From NCBI GenBank assembly GCA_951406725.2, contig OX597823.1:19530001-19594000 (forward strand): a stretch of 64,000 bases of DNA, in the 5' to 3' direction. The translations under genes and the position numbers were made by a program. Of the stretch, positions 13,841 through 26,794 are shown one piece after another; position 1 is the stretch's first letter, and every line of letters begins with the position of its first letter. Below the pieces are notes generated by a model. That model was given only the letters and a program-made list of their open reading frames with translations. It had not been told where the DNA came from and did not search any database. Source of the DNA: Octopus vulgaris (taxonomy: Eukaryota).

Positions 13841-15024
13841 CATCAGCATCATCATCATTTAGCATGCATTGTCTATGCTGGCATGGGTTGGATGGTTTGA
13901 CCAGGGCATGGTTTCTACGGCTGGGTGCCCTTCATATATGTGTGTGTGTGTGTGTGTGTGTTGTGTGTTTGTTCTCTACTGCTGCCTGACAACCAGTGTT
14001 GGTGTGTTTACATCCCTATAATTTAGTGGTTTGATAGAAGAGACTAATAAAATGAGTATCAAGCTCTAAAAGTAACAAATACTAAGGATGATCTCTTTGA
14101 TTAAAATTCTTGAAGGAGGGATGCCCCAAAATGGCTGCTGTCCAATGACTGAAACAAGTGAAAGATACAAGATATATTTTGTTATTTCCTACATGAATGT
14201 CCTGAACTGGCATTTAAACTGGCCATATGTGGCCAAAACATTCTACTAGCTTTATGTTCAAACTGGCCAGATCCTGCTTCTCTCGCTTCCTACAATGCCG
14301 TTCTAGAAATATACAACCGCATCAATGAAATCTGTATACTCCAAGATGATGCATATTTAATTCAAAATGATGTGAATAAATAAGCATTATATTTGATAAA
14401 GTAATCAAAATGCCAAAGGATAAACCAGCTACATCTGTCCCAAATATTCCACCTGTTATATGCTCAAACTGTCCAGATCTGGTCTCTCACACCTACCCTA
14501 CAATGTTATTCTAGAAATAAACAGCCATATCATTGAAATCTTAAAGCTATGTTACAATGCATGATTAAATCAAAATAATGTAAATAAATAAGTGGATGCT
14601 AAAAGGTTAAGGTGCTTAAAGACTGTAAAAATCTAATTAATGAAATTCCCCACCATCATTACCACCATAAATAAATAAATAAATAAATAAATTGATTTGA
14701 AATATTTAAAAAGTTTTAGTCATATTCTTTACTGAATTGTGGTAAGAAAAATTCTAAATTTTATTTTCGTGTCAATCTATAAATTTGTCAAAATGACACA
14801 AAAATTTAGAGAAAAACATATGAAAACACAGCAAAAATCATCAATTTAAAATTTCAAATATTTAATTAAAAAAATAAAAAGAAAAAGAAAGCCCAAGGCA
14901 ATTGGGAAACAAACCAATTCCAAAACAAACTGGAATTTCTTTCCCACTCAATGATTCCAACAATATATATATAAAAAAAAAACATTATTACTCATGAGAG
15001 ATAACAATGTTAGTGGGTGCAAGC

Positions 15025-15055
<31 letters not shown>

Positions 15056-15072
15056 CACGCACACACACACAT

Positions 15073-15143
<71 letters not shown>

Positions 15144-15144
15144 G

Positions 15145-15335
15145 GGAGAATTCACAAAAAAAAAAAAACCAGAGGACGAGGACAGGTGATGTAGACTACA
15201 AACGGATGTATTAATTTAACGCTCGGTAAGTGGAAATGTCTTTAATGTTTCAAGCCTATGCTCTTCGACAGAAAGGAACACAGAAAGAAACAAGGAGAGA
15301 AAATAAAGAATGTGTAGTGGCTAGTGATCTACCTA
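15145..15335 (-). mobile_element. Penelope-like element terminal remnant with a variant hammerhead motif (15240-15275)
   Basis: Minus strand cttt CTGTCGA a gagc atag gctt GAAA CA TT aaag, embedded between (TA)/(CA) tracts. Confidence 0.6.
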
Positions 15336-15589
15336 CCTACCTATATATATATATATATATATATACACATACACACACAAACATATATATATACACACAC
15401 ACATATAAATATAGTTTACATCCATTTAAAAGAAGAAAAGACAATGGAGATAAGGATGTTAATAATTATTTATTATCAAGAACAAATTGGTCATCATCGC
15501 TTCTTACAGCTGTTTCAAGTGAAGATGACTAATTTGTTGTTAGTAAAAAATAATTATTAACTGCTTTATCTTTTCTTCTTTTAACTGGA

Positions 15590-15955
15590 TAGTTAGTTAG
15601 TTAATTTGGCTCAAAAGCAAATAGCAAGTCCATGTAGGGGGACATGGAGTTAAGTACAGGGTGGTGTTCATGTAAAGAGTTCAGGCCACTTGAGGTCAAG
15701 GGAGGCTTTGAACAAAGCGGTCGTCGGCATCTTCACCATCTCGTCTGGCAGCTTGTTCTACGGAACCGCAACCCGGACGGAGAAAGCTCCTCTCCTTCGA
15801 TTGAGATGAAATCGTTGCAGGTAGAGCTTTTCGGAATGACCCCGCAGCCGACGCTCTGGAGCAGGAGTGAAGAACAGCTCTTTCGAGAGGTTACACTTTC
15901 CGCTTATGATGTTGTGGGCGAGAATGAGATCACCATGGTGGCGGCGTTTTTCTAA
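15590..15955 (-). mobile_element. CR1-clade LINE 3' fragment (ORF2 C-terminus, 3' UTR and (TAAC)n tail), with a nonsense mutation
   Basis: Translates LEKRRHHGDLILAHNIISGKC...RLRGHSEKLY...RRGAFSVRVAVP*NKLPDEMVKMPTTALFKASLDLKWPELFT*, the CR1 motif LExRRxRGDL...RGH..KL...FSxRV..WNxLP...FKxxLD with W changed to TAG. Confidence 0.88.
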
Positions 15956-16114
15956 AAAATAAAGGTCGAGCGTCCTCTAAACTATATGCTTAATATATCC
16001 CTATTGTTTTAAGGAAATTTCATTTCCCAACAATACTGGGTACTGAACCAGCATTTCCTTGGATGCAACCAGCCCTTCATGAGGTTAACATATCCTCTAA
16101 TTAAATTTCATATA

Positions 16115-16437
16115 GCTGAAGGTGCATGGCTCAGTGGCTAGAGCGTTGAGCTGATGATCGTGAGGTTGTGAGTTCAATTCTCGGACCGGGCTGCATGTTG
16201 TGTTCTTGAGCAAGACACTTTATTTCATGTTGCTCCAGTTCACTCTGCTGTAGAAATGAGTGCCAAGCTGTATCGGCCTTTGGCTTACCCTTGGATAACA
16301 TCAGTGATGTGGAGAATGGAGGCTGGTATGCATGGGCGACTGCTGGCCTTCCATAAACAATCTTGTTTCTGGACTTGTACCTCAGAGGGTAACTTTCTAG
16401 GTGCAATCCCATGGTCAATGACCGAAGGGACTCTCCT
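16115..16437 (+). mobile_element. tRNA-derived SINE, family D
   Basis: A box TGGCTCAGTGG, B box GAGTTCAATTC and the tgtgttcttgagcaagacactt motif; homologous to 35545-35886. Confidence 0.88.
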
Positions 16438-16844
16438 CATATATATATATATAATTATATATCTAAAATAAATGGCTTACACCTGGTAGTTTACTGGTAA
16501 AGCATAGTCACTTTCACAGTGATCATTAGGTATATGGCAGATGGAAGGTGGAATATATGAGAATCTGTGATTTTATTTTTGATCTTCTATATAAATGAAG
16601 ATATTTCCTCCGTCTGGCTGCTTTTCTCTCTATCAACAGAAAGTTACATTGCAGAACAGTCATTTTAATGAGTTATATTTATTTATCATCTGACGGGATA
16701 CATCTGCACCACTGGATGCTCCTGAGCCAGTTGTTGAGTGTCCCACCCATGAGGAATCAATGCTAGATGTGTCGAAACAAATGTTGTGATAAATAATAAA
16801 TTCTCATATATTTCATCTTCCGTCTTTCATTTGCCATATTATGT

Positions 16845-16881
<37 letters not shown>

Positions 16882-17269
16882 AGTAAATATATGGAGTTGA
16901 ACGCAGATTCTATTCAAATTCTTTTACTTTCGACATATGTTTCGAAGACAACATTGGTTTTATTCCAAAGGAATAAACGGTGCAAAATGCAATCTTCTCA
17001 TATGAAATACGAGAGTATTGTAGTTCGTGGGAAGCATTGTGCATTGATTGTGGAATATAACATGTCTTGAATGGTACAACAATGCAGAGTGGACTATAAT
17101 AACTGTTATAATTTAATTATTCATAGTCTGACATAATATTTCGGAATATAAAAATTTCTTCAGATATCGCTAGGAATTGATCAAGTCACTGCTATAATCG
17201 GTTTTCCATATATTAACGAAACTATTGTTTTGAACAATGAATATTGATGAAGTGACAATAGTTACGTTA

Positions 17270-18620
17270 ACTTGGCAGAATTGTTAGCATGCTGGGCGAA
17301 ATGCTTAGTGGTATTTCACCAAAGGCGGCGAGCTGGCAGAAACATTAGCACACTGGGCAAAATGCTTAGCGGTATTTCATCTGCCGCTATGTTCTGAGTT
17401 CAAATTCCGCCGAGGTCCACTTTACCTTTCATCCTTTTGGGGTCGATTAAATAAGTACCAGTTACATACCGCACTGTGGTTAATGTAATCGGCTTAATCT
17501 GTGTGTCTGTCCTTGTTTGTCCCCTTGTGGGTAGTAAAGGAATAGGTATTTCACCTGCCATTGCATTCTAAGTTCAAATTCCATGAAGGTTGACTTTACT
17601 TTTCATCCTTTCAGGGTCAATAAACTAAGTACCAGTGAAATACTGGGGTTGATGTAATCAAATTTCAGGCCTTGTGCCTATAGCAGAAAGGATTATTATT
17701 ATTATGAAGGTGGCGTGCTGGCAGAATCATTAGCATGCCAGATGAAACGCTTACCTGCATTTCGTCTTTCTATACGTTCTGAGTTCAAATCCTGCTAGGA
17801 TCGACACTGCCTTTCATCTTTTTGGGGTTGATAAAATAAGTACCAGTTGAACACTGGGGTTGATTTAATCGACTAGTCCCCTCCCATGAAACCTGCTGGC
17901 CTTTTACCAAAATCTGAAGCCATTATTATATCTATCATTAAAGTGGCGAGCTGGCAGAACTGTTAGCAAGCTGGGCAAAATGCTAAGTGGTATTTCATCT
18001 GCCACTACATTCTGAGTTCAAATTCTGCTGAAGTCAACCTTGCCTTTCATCCTTTCAGGGTCAATTAAATAAGTACCAGTGAAGCACTGGGGTTGATGTA
18101 ATCAACTATCTCCCAACCCCAAATTTCAAGCCTTGTGCCTATAGTAGAAAGGATTATTATTATAGGCAACAAGCTGGTAGAACAATTAGCATGCTGGGCA
18201 AAATGCTTAGCAGTATTTTGCCCATAACTAGGTTATGAGTTCAAATTCCATCAAGGTCAACTTTCCCTTTCATCCTTTCAGGGTTGGTGAAATAAGTTCG
18301 AGTTACACACTGGGATCGATTTAATTGACTTTCTCCCTCACCCCAAATTTCAAACCTTGTGCCTATAGTTGAAAGGATTATTATTATTATCATTATCATT
18401 ATGGAGGGCGGCAAGCAGGCAGGAACACTAGCATGCCAGGCAAAATGCTTAGCGGTATTTCGTCTGTCTTTATGTTTTGAGTTCAAATTCCGCCAAGGTC
18501 AACTTTACCTTTCATCCTTTTGGGGTCGATAAATTAAGTACCAGTTGCATACTGGGGTTGATCTAATCGACTGGCCCCCTTCCCCAAACTTTCGGAACTT
18601 CTGTCAAGAATAGAAAAAAT
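17270..18620 (+). mobile_element. Head-to-tail array of about six SINE family B units
   Basis: B-box motifs (gagttcaaat or variant) at about 17396, 17571, 17781, 18014, 18237 and 18479, all in the same orientation and mostly joined through (ATT)n tails. Confidence 0.88.
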
Positions 18621-18734
18621 TTTTATTATTATGTATTAGTGCATCAGATAAAATGCCTAGTGACATTTCCTCTGGCTCTTTATGTTTTAGGGGCCAATAG
18701 AGTAAATGCTAGTTGAACACTGGGGCTGAAACTA

Positions 18735-19105
18735 TTATTACCTTTGCCTTAATGAAGGCAGAAGTATTGTTTTCAGTCATGTTTGTTTGTCCGTGGACAA
18801 GATATCTCGAGAACCACTGGATGGATTCGGATGAAACTTTCAGGGATGTTTGGCCTCATGACTGGCGCAAACTGATTAGATTTGGGGATCTATCCAGTAC
18901 CAGACAAGGATTCTGGATTATTTTTCCAGTTTTTTTTTTTTACCTAATTTCTGAGAGCAGTTGGGTTCATTTTTAGTATTCTCGTTTGTGAGGGCAGTCG
19001 AGTTTATTTCAGAATATTCCCATTTTAAAAATCATCTCTGGCTAATCGTTGAGAGGACGTTGGTATTGCCTTGGCGGAGGTTTGTGCTCTCTGAGTGCTC
19101 TCGTT
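18735..19105 (+). mobile_element. Helentron-associated (HINE/DINE-1-like) non-autonomous element
   Basis: 5' ttattacctttgcc...aaggcagaagt subterminal inverted repeat, (GTTT)n, a 3' ggcggaggt and a terminal gctctctgagtgc hairpin-like motif. Confidence 0.65.
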
Positions 19106-19354
19106 ATTGTTGTCGTTATTAAAATGTCAAGTTGGCAGAATGTTAGCATGCTGGGCAAAACGCTTAGTGCCATTTCTTCCAGTTTTACCTCCTGATTTCA
19201 AATTCTATTGAGGTTAGCTTAACCTTTCATCCATTCCAGGGGCCAATAAAGCAAGCACCAGTTGAGCAATGGGGTCGATGTAATCAACTTGCACCCTGCC
19301 CCAAGCTTGCTGGCTTTCAGCCAAAATTTGAAACAATAGTTATTATCTTTTATA

Positions 19355-19489
19355 GGCACAGGTGTGGCTGTGTGGTAAGAAGCTTACTTCCCATCCACAT
19401 GGTTCCAGGTTCAGTCCCACTGCATGGCATCTTAGGAAAATGTCCAAAGCCTTGTGAGTGGATATTGTAGACAGAAACTGAAAGAAGCT

Positions 19490-19530
<41 letters not shown>

Positions 19531-19790
19531 CAGGAGTGGCTGTGTGGTAAAAGAGTTGCTTCCCAACCACATGGTTCCAGGTTCAGTCCCACTGTGTGAC
19601 ACCTTGGGCAAGTGTCTCCTACTCTAGCCTCGGGCCGACCAAAGCCTTGTGAGTGGATTTGGGAGACGGAAACTAAAAGGAGCCCATCGTAGTATATATA
19701 TATTTGTGTGTTTACGTCCCCATAACTTGGCAGTTCAGCAAAAGAGACTGATAGAATAAGTACAAAGCTTACAAAGAATAAGCCCTTGTG
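19355..19790 (+). mobile_element. Two SINE family A copies in tandem
   Basis: Heads at about 19355 and 19530, the second following the internal (TA)n of the first. Confidence 0.8.
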
Positions 19791-20114
19791 TCAATGACAT
19801 CGACTCCCAGGACTTCTCGTCTACTACACCATTAAGCACACCTACGTGTTCCTAAGAGGTGCACAGCATTGTCTTCAAGGGACTGTAGACCTGTTAGTAG
19901 GCTTCACTGGTTTTCCTTTGTTGTGAGGTGTGTTTTGTTGTTATTTCCACTTGTTGCCCTGTCTATTGTTGATAGCAATACAATTGACTATGTGCTCTTG
20001 CTGTGTGGGTCGTGTCATTGCATCATACCGAGAATATGTGCTGAGTTACTATATTGTGGGCTGTGATACTGTTTAGCCTCAGGGTCAACTCTGGTCGAAT
20101 ATAATCTTTGTTCT

Positions 20115-20940
20115 TTTAGTCTTTTACCTGCTTCAGTAATTTGGCTGTGGCCATGCTGGAGCGCCGCCTTCAGTCGAGCAAAGCGACCCCAGGACCCATT
20201 CTTTGTAAGCCTAGTACTTATTCAACCGGTCCCTTTGGCCGAACTGCTAAGTTACAGGAGACATAAACACACCAGCATCTGATGTCAAGTGATGGTGTGG
20301 GGACAAATATAGACACACAAACACACATGCATATATATATATAGATATATATATATGTGATGGACTTCTTTCAGTTTCCATCTACCAAATCCAATCACAA
20401 GGCTTTGGTTGGCCCGAGGCTTTAGTAGAAGCACTTGCCCAAGGTGCCTCGGGAGACTGAACCCTGAACCATGTGGTTGGTAAGCAAGCTACTTACCACA
20501 CCTGTGCCTTTGTTCAAAGTTTCATCTTTTCTTTTCTCTTTTGCTTTGTTTCAGTCATTAGACTGTGGCCATGCTGGGGCACCACCTTGGAGAATTTCCA
20601 GTTGAATGTATCGACTGCAGCACTTGCTTTCTATAAGCTTGGTACTTATTCTATTGGTCTCTCTAGTCGAACCGCTAAGTTATGGGAACATAAACATACC
20701 AACACCAGTTGTCAAGTGGTGGTGGTGGTGGGACAAACATAGACACACATACATAGATAAAAATATACACATATAAAACGGGCTTCTTTCAGTTTCCATC
20801 TACCATATCCACTCACAAGGCTTTGGTCAGACCAAGGCTACAGTAAAAGACACTCGCTCAAGGTGCCACGCAGTGGGACTGAACTTGAAACTGTGTGGTT
20901 GGGAAGCAAGCTCCTTACCACACAGCCACACCTGTGCCTA
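20115..20940 (-). mobile_element. Two SINE family A copies in tandem
   Basis: Reverse-complement copies at about 20115-20510 and 20545-20940. Confidence 0.8.
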
Positions 20941-21974
20941 AAAGATTTCAAGTAATGAGCATCCGGTTTTTTACTTTCTTCAGCAATAACATATATTATC
21001 CAAAGTGACTTTAAAATAAGATAGAGGAAGAGAGAGAGAGAAAGAGAGAGAGGAAGAGAGAGAGAGAGAAAGAGAGAGAGGAAGAGAGAGAAAGAGAGAG
21101 AGAGAAAACGGGCATTATTTGAGAGAGATTTAGCTACTGTTTCTAAGATTGCACAGAGCTTCCTGTGTTGGGTCATGTAGGCTGTGTACTTACTTAAACC
21201 CTATGCACCCTATAGAGCATAGCCTATTGGTGACTTTTCTCTCTCCTGTCCTTGACTTGGGTTGTAAGGCCCTCCATTTCCAGGTCTTGTGATTCTTAAT
21301 TGTCATTGGCCATTCTTAAACTTTGCCTTTTATCTAGGTAGGGGTGTTAGCCCCACGCAAACCCATTCTCACCTCTGAGAGGACTTGAGCCATACAAGTC
21401 TGACCTCTGTCTTTTGAACAGTCCAGCATCAGCGGTCCTATCAAGAGGCTTATGCTCTACTGGCATAGCTCTTAGGGTCAGCGAGGCATGCAAACCATCA
21501 CAGCACAACAAGGACAGGGCCTTGCAGTGGATGCAGGTTGTGTGAGTTTATACAAGATGGGCACCGAGAGATTTAAGCTATTGAATTGTATGTGTGTGTG
21601 AGTTTGTGTGTGTGTGTTTGAGTCAATGTGTGTGAGTGAGTATGAGTGATTTGCATGTGTGTGTGTGTGTGTGCATGTGAGTGAATGTGTGTGTGTGTGT
21701 AGCACTGTGTGTAAAGTGTAGTCTGTACCTGGCAGAGTACATTTGTGCCTAGGGTTGTAAGGCCCACACTTCCTTGCAGGCTCACTTAAAATAGAGTGAT
21801 GAGAGGGTTAGGGTTACAATTAGCAGTAAAGATAAATGTTGTGTCTGCAAAGGGATAGGGTCCAGTGGACCAAGTTGAAACTTGACCATGATATAGAGCA
21901 ACTTACAAAAATCATAAAGGCAAGTGATACAATACAGGGCAGACTTAACAAACCCACACCATGGAAAAATGGAT

Positions 21975-21980
21975 GATAAA

Positions 21981-22017
<37 letters not shown>

Positions 22018-22103
22018 GCAATGATGATGGTGATGACAGTGATAATGATGATGGTGGTAGTGTTGGTGATGATGATGATGATGATGGTGATAGTAATGAT
22101 GAT
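21975..22103. repeat. (GAT)n-rich microsatellite
   Basis: Degenerate GAT/GGT runs. Confidence 0.9.
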
Positions 22104-22333
22104 TAAATATAAATAATCTGGATATGAAAGTGAATCAGAATAAAGTTAATGGCTTTATTTTGTGATGTGTGGAAAGCCTAGTGCAGTGTAGTGTGTGCAA
22201 GTACGGTGTGTGAGTGTGTGTGGTAGTCGTGTGTGTGCACGTGTGTAGCTGTGGGTGGAATGCAGTATGCAATGTGCATCTGCTTGTATGATGAATGTGG
22301 TGTGTAGCACATGGTGATGGTGTCTGAATTATG

Positions 22334-22379
<46 letters not shown>

Positions 22380-22685
22380 ATACGTGTAGCTTTGGAGAGG
22401 TGGAATGTGTACATAGTGTATATGGATGGAATGTGTGTGTGATATACATATGTGATGTATCAGCGTGAGAATAGAGAGTGGGTGTGTGCATACTTGCACG
22501 TGTGTATGTATTTTCTATGTGCAGATGTAAAGGGAATCTATGTACGGCATCTGTATACAAATCTGTGCGTGTGTGTATAGTGTGAAATTGTATGTACCGT
22601 ATGTGTGTATAAGTCTATTGGTATGTTTCTGCTGATATCTGCATGTTTAATGTGTAACAGGAAAAGTAACAGCTTAAAGTCAGCC

Positions 22686-22718
<33 letters not shown>

Positions 22719-22958
22719 TGTATGTATAAAACTTAGATAAAACTTAGATATGCTTCGACCAAAGATTGGTCCAGGTCATGTCTAACATAACAGCACCACC
22801 AGATAGGATTATCTAAATCCTTTTTAAGTCAAGTTTTGTGGTATTATGGTACATTCAAGTAGTGAGTTCTTGTTGAGTGAGTTGTATTCAGGCATGGGTG
22901 GCTTATCTGGCATTCCTTGAAGAAATTTGTCCAGACTCCATTTAAAGGTGATGGGATC

Positions 22959-23011
<53 letters not shown>

Positions 23012-23012
<1 letters not shown>

Positions 23013-23182
23013 TTATTTAAAGCAGCAGAAATTCAACAAAACTGTCCGATGAACGGGAACGTGAAAATCCGAGTAACAGGTTTTGTTGAATTTCTGCTGC
23101 TTTTAAATAAAGCATATTACTCTACCCCTGGTATTTGAGTACTCTTTTTTCCACCTTATTTCACATTTATGTGTTTACTCCA

Positions 23183-23185
<3 letters not shown>
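23012..23185 (+). mobile_element. Penelope-like element remnant with a fold-back and a hammerhead-like core
   Basis: An inverted repeat of about 35 bp encloses ctgt CCGATGA acg ggaa cgt GAAA atccgag TA acag; (TA)n on both sides. Confidence 0.65.
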
Positions 23186-23220
<35 letters not shown>

Positions 23221-23364
23221 CTATGTTGATGCAAACAAGAAAAATAGAACTTAAGATATGAGTATATGTATAATTTCATTACTATTTAGCAGAAGTAACA
23301 AAGTGACTCAAGGTCTAAGAGTTTCACGTGTTAGCACTTACCAAACTTTCAGCAACAGCTAATA

Positions 23365-23431
<67 letters not shown>

Positions 23432-23667
23432 GGCTGACAAGTGAGCAGAAATATGGAGCCAAAGGAATACTTTAATCTTCTTAAAAACATAATAATTTCT
23501 CCAGTTCTGGTAGACATGGTAACTATATACTGAGTTAACACCAAGCACTCTAAAAGCGGATTGTGTTGGGAAGGGCACTCCAGTTTGTTGAGGAAGACAA
23601 TGATATCCAGGAAAAGTGGACATAAAATGATGATGATGATGATGATGATGACATCTCTAGTTTAGAC

Positions 23668-23796
23668 CAGTGTTTCTCAATCTTTTTAGCCTTTTTACCC
23701 CAGGTGTGGCACCTTGGGCAAGTGTCTTCTACTATAGCCTCGGGCTGACCAAAGCCTTGTGAGTGGATTTGGTAGACAGAAACTGAAAGAAGCCCA

Positions 23797-23838
<42 letters not shown>

Positions 23839-24688
23839 CCCTTCCCCCCAAACATCAATTGACAACCGATGCTGGTGTGTTTATGTCCCTGTAACTTAGT
23901 GGTTCGGCAAAAGAGACCGAAAGAATAAGTACTAGGCTTACAAAAAATAAGTCCTGGGATCGATTTGCTCGACTAAAGGTAGTGCTCCAGCATGGCCACA
24001 GTCAAATAACTGAAACAAGTAAAAGAGTAAAGAGTTGTGTAACCCTCAAAATAAATCACATATCTCAAGGAATCCCTGCACAAAAAAAAATTATATATAC
24101 GTGTGTGTGTGATATTTGCCATGTGAACTAAGATGAAAAATATGAAAAAGATATAGTATATAATTTAAATTATAGCCATGAAACGTATGTAGTTTTTTTT
24201 TACTTATTAAGTATTTATTATATATTATATATTGTTTATTCATTTTTGCACTTTTTGTGATCTAGTTATATGTTTTAAAATATACCTCATTTTTTATTTA
24301 TGATTTGGTTTATGCCTATCATTGTTTGAATTGCATAATAGTGGTTTTTCTCTAATTTATATATTAGATTGAATTTTTCCCTATAAGTTTGGAGTTAGGG
24401 CCGACCAAGGCCTTGTGAGCAGATTTGATAGACAGAAACTGAAAGAAGCCTGTTGTCTGTGAGTGTAGAGTGTCCATAAATTACAAACATTACTAAATAT
24501 GTCCCTAATAGTTATATTTTTTTGATAAACATAATAGGTTAGATAGGATGATGTCTATATTACAATTACCAATAATATTTTGTGCATGTATAGTAATATT
24601 AAGATAATGAAATTAGCATTAGCTTATCTCACTCTTTCTTGCGGAACCCCTAGGATCCTTTTGCAGGGAACCCCGTTGAGAAACACTG
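23668..24688. mobile_element. hAT-type non-autonomous DNA transposon with a nested SINE A (about 23706-24035)
   Basis: 13-bp TIR CAGTGTTTCTCAA/TTGAGAAACACTG and an 8-bp TSD GTTTAGAC at 23660-23667 and 24689-24696. Confidence 0.9.
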
Positions 24689-25440
24689 GTTTAGACAGAA
24701 GAGAAAAGGTAGTACCCTATAACTTTTGCAAGGTTCATGACAGGTGAAGGATAGAGAGACCTGAAACCTGGTCCAGATTGCTAGCAATAGACTGTGGGCT
24801 CTGCTAAAGGCACTCAAGGAGCAAGTGTTGGTGGTGGCATTGGTGTTGAACCAGGTGATAGAATAGATTAGATGCAGGTCTTTAACTTGACTGTGCCAAA
24901 CAGATCATAATATAACAGCTGACAATATTATCCAGTTCTTTATCTGATGAGCCATACTAAAATTTGGTGCTTTACCATCAAGAATCTACTTGTTATTGAT
25001 GGTATATATAGCTCTCTCTCTCTCTCTGTTTCTGTCTGCCTGTCTCCCACCCTGACTCTCTCACTTTCTCTTTTTCTCTCTCTCTCTCTCTCAGAAGTAG
25101 AGAGCTTCAGGCTTTGAATTTGCTCTTAGTAGTTTAGATGCTTTACTGATTATTTTCTGCTAGTGAAGGAATTTTTGTGGTTACCGCAAGCAACTTAATG
25201 TCCAGTTGTAGGCATGTGTCTGTAGCTGTGTGTGAGTGTGGCAATGTGTGTGAGATTAAATCTTTGTATGTGTATGCTGGTGCAAGGACAAACTCAAGGA
25301 CTAAACATTCTAAAGTTCTTCATAACACACACACACACACACAATATACACATGTACAAACACACACTAAACATCTACACTCGTGTATACATACAAACAC
25401 ACATATAAATATGTAACATAAACACATACAAAATTTGTAT

Positions 25441-25500
<60 letters not shown>

Positions 25501-26336
25501 CTCACACACACACACACACAAAACGCTATATACATGACACATGCGCATATACAGACCTACATACAACATATCTCACACATACACACACGCACACACACGA
25601 AGTGGATGGTGGATGGTAGAGCAAGGCGTGGTCCTTTTAACCACCATGGCAACAAGCCAGATTCCAGAACACACACACGCACACCATTCCTATCATCATA
25701 TCCTTCACCACACCACCCGGTTAAGCATCTATGCTACCATCACTATAAAGATATTACCACTATCATTACAATACAGATACCACCACCACCACCAACACCA
25801 CCACCACCAAAATATACACATCCCCATCATGCCACTATTACTACCATCATACTCAAATCTTTAACATCCCATCACAACTACAATAAAGACATCCCCAGCC
25901 GACATCACCACCACAACTGCCGCCAGCGTCGTCACTGTATATACATTCCCACCAGCAGCCTCTATGTGGTGTCTCGACGTGCTAGAAACAGCAACCAAAT
26001 TTTCTCAAAACATTTTTATTGGATTAATAAAAGACATAGAACGTAGTCTTATGTAGACGTTACAAAAAAGAAAAAAAAAATACTGGCTGGTCATGGTTGG
26101 AATGTCTTTGATCATAGGGCTAAACAACAAGCATCAAACTGCACTACCACCACCACCACCACCACCATCACCTCTCACTCTCTTTGGCAGCAACATCAGC
26201 AGTCTCCATCACTGATAATACTATACTGCCAGCTGCTAAGGTGTGGTCCACCTTAGTTTGCCTCTGATAAAAGCATGCCGAACACAAATGTCTGGGCCAT
26301 CTTTTTAAACTCTCTGTTTTCTTACGTCACTAGCAG

Positions 26337-26338
<2 letters not shown>

Positions 26339-26401
<63 letters not shown>

Positions 26402-26590
26402 GAAGAAGAAGAAGAAGAAGAATAAGAAGAAGAACAACAATGAGGAGAAGGAGGAGGAATAGGAGAAGATGAAGAAAAAAGAAGGAAAAAAGTGGAAGAA
26501 GAAGAGATAGAAGAAGATGAAAAAGAGGAAGAAGATGAAAAAGAGGAAGAAGATGAAAAAGAGGAAGAAGAAGAAGAATGATGATGACGA
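26339..26590. repeat. Compound (AAT)n-(AGA)n microsatellite with 18-bp gaagaagatgaaaaagag units
   Basis: Directly visible. Confidence 0.93.
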
Positions 26591-26700
26591 CAATTTAACA
26601 TCAGTTTCTGTGCGAGTAAAAGTGAGGTAAAGAGTAAATGAGCTTTTGTGTGTTTGTGTTTTGTGTGAGAAAGACGTATGAAATGTGCTTTTTACATGCA

Positions 26701-26794
<94 letters not shown>

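Noticed and set aside
15644-15955. 103-aa plus-strand ORF with coding-like composition
   Set aside because: It is the antisense shadow of the CR1 LINE ORF2 fragment on the minus strand.
22730-22790. gacca-atctt-tggtc GAAG cata TC motif on the minus strand
   Set aside because: No CUGANGA-like core upstream; insufficient evidence for a ribozyme.
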